A stretch of 64,000 bases of DNA from Octopus vulgaris (lineage: Eukaryota), in NCBI GenBank assembly GCA_951406725.2, contig OX597828.1, forward strand, positions 18,414,001 to 18,478,000, read 5' to 3'. The notes below the pieces were generated by a model. It was not told where the DNA came from and ran no database searches. It saw nothing but the letters and a program-made list of their open reading frames with translations. A program made the translations under genes and the position numbers. Below are positions 58,251-64,000 of this stretch, one piece after another; position 1 is the first letter of the stretch; each line of letters starts with the position of its first letter.

Positions 58251-59055
58251 TTCTATCATTTAACCAAAATTAATTTAAAGGGACCGAGTACATTTTAACC
58301 CTTTACATGCTTAATATTTGTTCTGGATATCTAGGGCTGGAGAGATAACAGACAAAACCAATCGCTATAACATTTAAACTGAAAACTTGTCAACATGTAA
58401 CTAAACAGGACGACGTATATTTAGTCCAGCAATCTGCTAGTCTTCTGCAACCATTATATCGCACTTTAAATGCTATAAATATTATAGATAAATTTTATTA
58501 TTGCTATAGCCATAAATATAATAATTAAAATTAAATTACTTGCGAAAGCTAGAGGTTAATCTTCAAACGGAATATGGTTAACATTTTATCATCTTGTCAT
58601 TAAAATATGAAGCAGGTAGGTATTGCTGATAAACGTTAGTAGATCAAATATCAGAACGTAGTGATCTTAAGTCAGCAAATTGTTCTAATTTTCTGTCCTA
58701 ATGTAATGGGTAAGTATTTATAAACCAGGCATATTGATTATATGTCATCTCAATCGGAAATCATAAAGTTGTTTCGATTATCAATAATATGTAGTATTAC
58801 GTCATGCGATTTAATAAAAAATAATAATAAAAGGCATATCGGTTTTGGTTTTTGAAAAATGTCTACATCATAGGAGCAGACAAGGCTGTGTAGTTAGGAA
58901 GCACGCTTTACAACCATTTGGTTTCGGGTTCAGTGCCATTCGGGTTTACGGCCTCATGGCAAGAGCTTTCTAGTCTAACACTGACCCTATCATGTCATGC
59001 TGCTGTTGTTGTTGTTATTGCAATACAGTCATCTATGTATTATACTTAATATATA

Positions 59056-59272
59056 CGAAGTGGGGGTTCTGAAAGGTTCCTGGTTTTAAGGGTATCGCTA
59101 AAGCCCCGGGTACAGGCCCAACTTTCCGAGTTCTTTTACAGGGCTTAGTAAAGCTGAAGGACCGCTGTAAAAAGGTATAAGAATCTGAGAGAGGAATAAA
59201 TAAAATCATAATTAACTAATCCCCCTATATATTCTATTACCCAAAACCAAAAACTTTCCAGCCCCCCCCTCG
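59056..59272 (+). mobile_element. Mariner-derived MITE (~217 bp)
   Basis: Imperfect TIRs CGAAGTGGGGGTTCTGAAAGGTTCCTGGTTTTAAGGGTA and TACCCAAAACCAAAAACTTTCCAGCCCCCCCTCG; TA on the left; internal KLKDRCKK resembles a mariner C-terminus. Confidence 0.6.
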
Positions 59273-59394
59273 TGTGTGCGTGTGTATACAATATATATGT
59301 ATATATATACATGTGATTACGAGTTGTCTTAACTCTTAAACTTAGTGATACTGGTGCTAATTAGTGACCTCGGCCACTTTAGTGACGTATATAT

Positions 59395-59437
<43 letters not shown>

Positions 59438-59512
59438 TAAACACACATATATATATATATATATATATATGCATAAACACATATATATATATATATATAT
59501 ATATATGCATAA

Positions 59513-59558
<46 letters not shown>

Positions 59559-59568
59559 ACATATATAT

Positions 59569-59720
59569 AGGGAGAATTCACGAAAAAAAACAAAAGCTTA
59601 AAAAAAAGGTGTAGAAAATAAACAGATGTATTAGTATAACGATCAGGAATTGAAAAAGTCTTTTACGTTTCTAGCCTACGCTCTTCTACAGAAAAGGACA
59701 CACAAAAAACACAAGGAGGG
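59569..59720 (-). mobile_element. Family H1 copy 2 with CUGUAGA hammerhead-like motif
   Basis: UUUU-CUGUAGA-A-GAGC guag GCUA-GAAA-CG-UA-AAAG at ~59660-59695. Confidence 0.75.
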
Positions 59721-59730
59721 AATATGTATA

Positions 59731-59766
<36 letters not shown>

Positions 59767-59924
59767 TGTATGTATGTATGTATGTATGTATGTATGTATG
59801 TACGTACGTACGTACGTACGTATGTATGTATGTATGTATGTATGTATGTATGTATGTATGTATGTATGTATGTATGTATGTATGTATAAAGCATCAAACA
59901 TATATATATATTCTTTCATGCTTT

Positions 59925-60180
59925 GCTTTTATTCTTTTATTTGTTTCTCTCATTTGACTCCGCCATACTAGAGCACACCTTCTTAAGGGATTCTAGTCGA
60001 GGAAATCCTTTGTAAGTGTAATACTTGTTTTATCGGTCTCTTCTGCCGAGACGCTAGACTACGTGGGCGTAAACACACCAACGTTGGTAGTCAAGCACAG
60101 ATGCAAACACCCAAACACACAGACACATGCACACACACTAACACATACACACACATACATACATAAATACATACATATAC

Positions 60181-60221
<41 letters not shown>

Positions 60222-60340
60222 TGGCCTCTTTCAGTTTCCGTCTACCAAATCTTGATTGAAGGCTTTGGTCGACCCAAGCATATAGTAGAACCCGGTACCA
60301 TGTGGTTGGAAAGCAAGCCTCTTACCACCAAGCTACGCCT
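59925..60340 (-). mobile_element. SINE family B, degenerate
   Basis: TTCAGTTTCCGTCTACCAAAT..GGCTTTGGTCG..CCATGTGGTTGG. Confidence 0.75.
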
Positions 60341-60509
60341 GTGTGTATGTATGTATGTACGTACGTATGTATGTATCTACGCATGCATATATGTGTGTAT
60401 GTACGTATCTGTGGATGATGAATGGGTGGATAGATGTCTACGTGTAGGGGCGTTTCAGGGTGTATGTCTCTCATCCCATAACCGCTTGAGAAACGCGTAG
60501 GCTAATTAC

Positions 60510-60911
60510 TCTTTCACTCTTTTACTTGTTTCAGTCATTTGTGGCTATGATGGAGCACCGCCTTTAGTCGAGCAAATCGACCCCAGGACTTATTCTTTGT
60601 AAGCCTAGTAGTTATTATATCGGTCTCTTTTTGCCGAACCGCTTAGTTTCGGGGGCGTAAACACACCAACATCGGTTGTCAAGCGATGCTGGGGGGACAA
60701 ACACAGACACACAAACGCATACACACACATACATGTACATATGTATACATATACGACGGACTTCTCCCAGTATCCGTCTACCAAATCCACTCACAAGGCT
60801 TTGGTCGGACCAAGGCTATAATATAAGACACTCGACCAAGGTGCCACGCAGTGGGACCGAACCCGGAACCATGTGGTTGGTAAGCCAGCTACTTACCACA
60901 CAGCCACTCCG
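60510..60911 (-). mobile_element. SINE family B, full length
   Basis: Matches 40158-40573. Confidence 0.9.
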
Positions 60912-61492
60912 GAGCCTAATTGTAAATTTCTCAATAGTTTCGCGTAGGTGTTTTCATTTTCACTAATCTTCAGTCTAATGTTAGCATCCACTGGGCAGCT
61001 GATATCCACTACAGTACACAGTTTCTCTTCTCGGTTTGATCCACTCAGTTTACATTATATTCAAGTTTTCCTTCGAGCATATATAACATTCGTTTCATTA
61101 TTCAATATATATAATATCCATTTCAATATTTGACAGTTCATGATGCAATACTGTCTTCCCCTAATTAACTACCTGTCTGATTGCGGTTATCAGAATTGCA
61201 TTAAGCCACTTCTGTTTTGCAAAATTGTGTAAGAACTTGTTACTATTTCTAGCCGGACAAATGAACAATGCGGAGACAACGTACTTTGACTCATCGTATT
61301 ATTAGGTGTCTAGCTATGTAAACACATAAAATATTTGCATGAAATAATACGGATTTGAATACTACAGTAAGTGTTAATTACACATCAGCAATGGTGAAAC
61401 TGCCTATTATTTCAAACAATTAATAAGTACGTGTACAAACTCAAAGACAGAGACACACATCCAGACAAACATAAATATATATATACATATTT

Positions 61493-61544
<52 letters not shown>

Positions 61545-61786
61545 TTATATATATATGTGTATGTGTGTGTGTCGATGTGAATATATCATTAATTTCTAAA
61601 ATGGCCTCCCAAAGTGTAAAATCTTAGAGTTTAAAAGTTCAACTTCGACAACAGAAATCGAATAAGAAGTTTGTAAGTGGATTTATGGCAATGTAGTGGA
61701 TAACTACACAATTACAACGAAAGCATTTCTCCGAGCAAGGGACTGTTACAAAGAGCGTTTGTTTATGTGCGTGTGTGTATGTGTGA

Positions 61787-61828
<42 letters not shown>

Positions 61829-62093
61829 ATATATATACACACACACAGACATATATCTAAGTATGTATAATATATATTTATACACATTATTTACATATAA
61901 ATATACATATATGCTAATATACATACATACATACATACATGCATACATATATTAACACACATAATGCGCGAGAATAGAACACAAGTTACGTAATCACTTA
62001 CATTTTCTTACATCTGTTTCAGAACACTGTGTGGGGGTGCAACATCTTATTGCTTCGTCAGAGCCATTTGTGCATAAAGATATATATATATAT

Positions 62094-62412
62094 ATATTAA
62101 TAGTTATCGCCATACTAATATGGCAGTCTATAAATATAAGACTAAAGCTGTCGCTGATTAGCTCCAAGAGGCCATCGCCTCTAGCTAGCTATATGACACA
62201 CGGTGAAGCGGCAGACCTCCCCTGTTCGAAGGTTGTAATGGACGCAGGTTCGTGTGTCATATAGCTAGCTAGAGGCGATGGCCTCTTGGAGCTAATCAGC
62301 GACAGCTTTAATCTTATATTTATAGACTGCCATATTAGTATGGCGATAACTATTAATATCCAGTAACGCTGCCGTAATCTCCTTTAGAGAGACTTAGTAA
62401 TTTTAATATTTC
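62094..62412. mobile_element. Young fold-back island in (TA)n (109-bp arms, one mismatch)
   Basis: 62094-62202 is the reverse complement of 62251-62359; the right arm continues ~50 bp to (TA)n. Confidence 0.8.
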
Positions 62413-62447
62413 TATGATATATATATACACGCATACATACGTATATA

Positions 62448-62550
<103 letters not shown>

Positions 62551-62608
62551 CGTGTATGTATGTATATATATATATATACGTATATATGTATACGTATATA
62601 TGTATATA

Positions 62609-62689
<81 letters not shown>

Positions 62690-62834
62690 TGAAAGGTTTA
62701 GTTTAGTTCACTAAGGTTTTTTACCAATAGGTACGCTGCGTAAGTGCTATAGAAGAAGTCATCCGTTAGGTTCGAAGCTCACAGTTGATGTTGACGCTAA
62801 GGATCCGTATATATATAATTATATATATATATAT

Positions 62835-63132
62835 ACTCTTACTCTTTACTTTTTTACTTGTTTCAGTCATTTGACTGCGGCCATGCTGGAGCACCGACTT
62901 TAGTCGAGCAAATCGACCCCGGGACTTATTCTTTGTAAGCCCAGTACTTATTCTATCAGTCCCTTTTGCCGAACCGCTAAATGTCGGGGACGTAAACACA
63001 CTAGCATCGGTTGTCAAGTAATGCTAGGGGAACAAACACAGACACACAAACATATACACACACATATATATATATATATGCATATATACGACAGGCTTCT
63101 TTCAGTTTCCGTCAACCAAATCCACTCACAAG
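62835..63132 (-). mobile_element. SINE family B, 5'-truncated
   Basis: Matches 40158-40460. Confidence 0.9.
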
Positions 63133-63171
63133 GCATTATATATATATGTATATATATATACACACACATAT

Positions 63172-63300
63172 AGGGACAGTTTACGAAGAAAAGAAAGGAC
63201 GAAGACAGGTGGTTTAGATAATAAACAGATGTATTAGTATAACGCACAGGAATAGAAAATGTATTTTGCGCTTCGAGCCTACGCTCTTCTACAGAAAGGG
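63172..63300 (-). mobile_element. Family H1 copy 3 with CUGUAGA hammerhead-like motif
   Basis: CUUU-CUGUAGA-A-GAGC guag GCUC-GAAG-CG-CA-AAAU at ~63263-63298. Confidence 0.75.
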
Positions 63301-63302
63301 AC

Positions 63303-64000
<698 letters not shown>

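Noticed and set aside
62360-62400. TAACGCTGCC resembling the 5' motif of a twister ribozyme
   Set aside because: The downstream GGUnnnAAGCC and pseudoknot partners are missing

Overview
Eukaryotic, AT-rich DNA saturated with microsatellites and interspersed repeats. No intact protein-coding gene is evident; nearly all track ORFs are translations of simple repeats. The SINE families look like those of octopus/cephalopod genomes (recognition from memory, not a database result). Contents: three tRNA-type SINE families in about 30 copies; a full-length but dead Hsmar1-like mariner; a mariner relic and a mariner MITE; Helitron and Helentron pieces; hAT remnants; a 5'-truncated RTE LINE; and a Dong/R4 LINE end attached to (TAA)n. 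The most interesting layer is about ten short 'islands' inside (TA)n arrays. They have the inverted or partial-tandem architecture of Penelope-like element terminal repeats or retrozymes, and many carry type I hammerhead ribozyme motifs with palindromic stem III. These include one fully canonical hammerhead (37937-38008, minus) in a ~400-nt tandem unit, a U3:A8 core variant in both arms of a hairpin (56894-57050), and a family with CUGUAGA in all three copies. A ~484-bp-arm palindrome (34181-35154) has duplicated flanking DNA and ends beside another hammerhead-like core.
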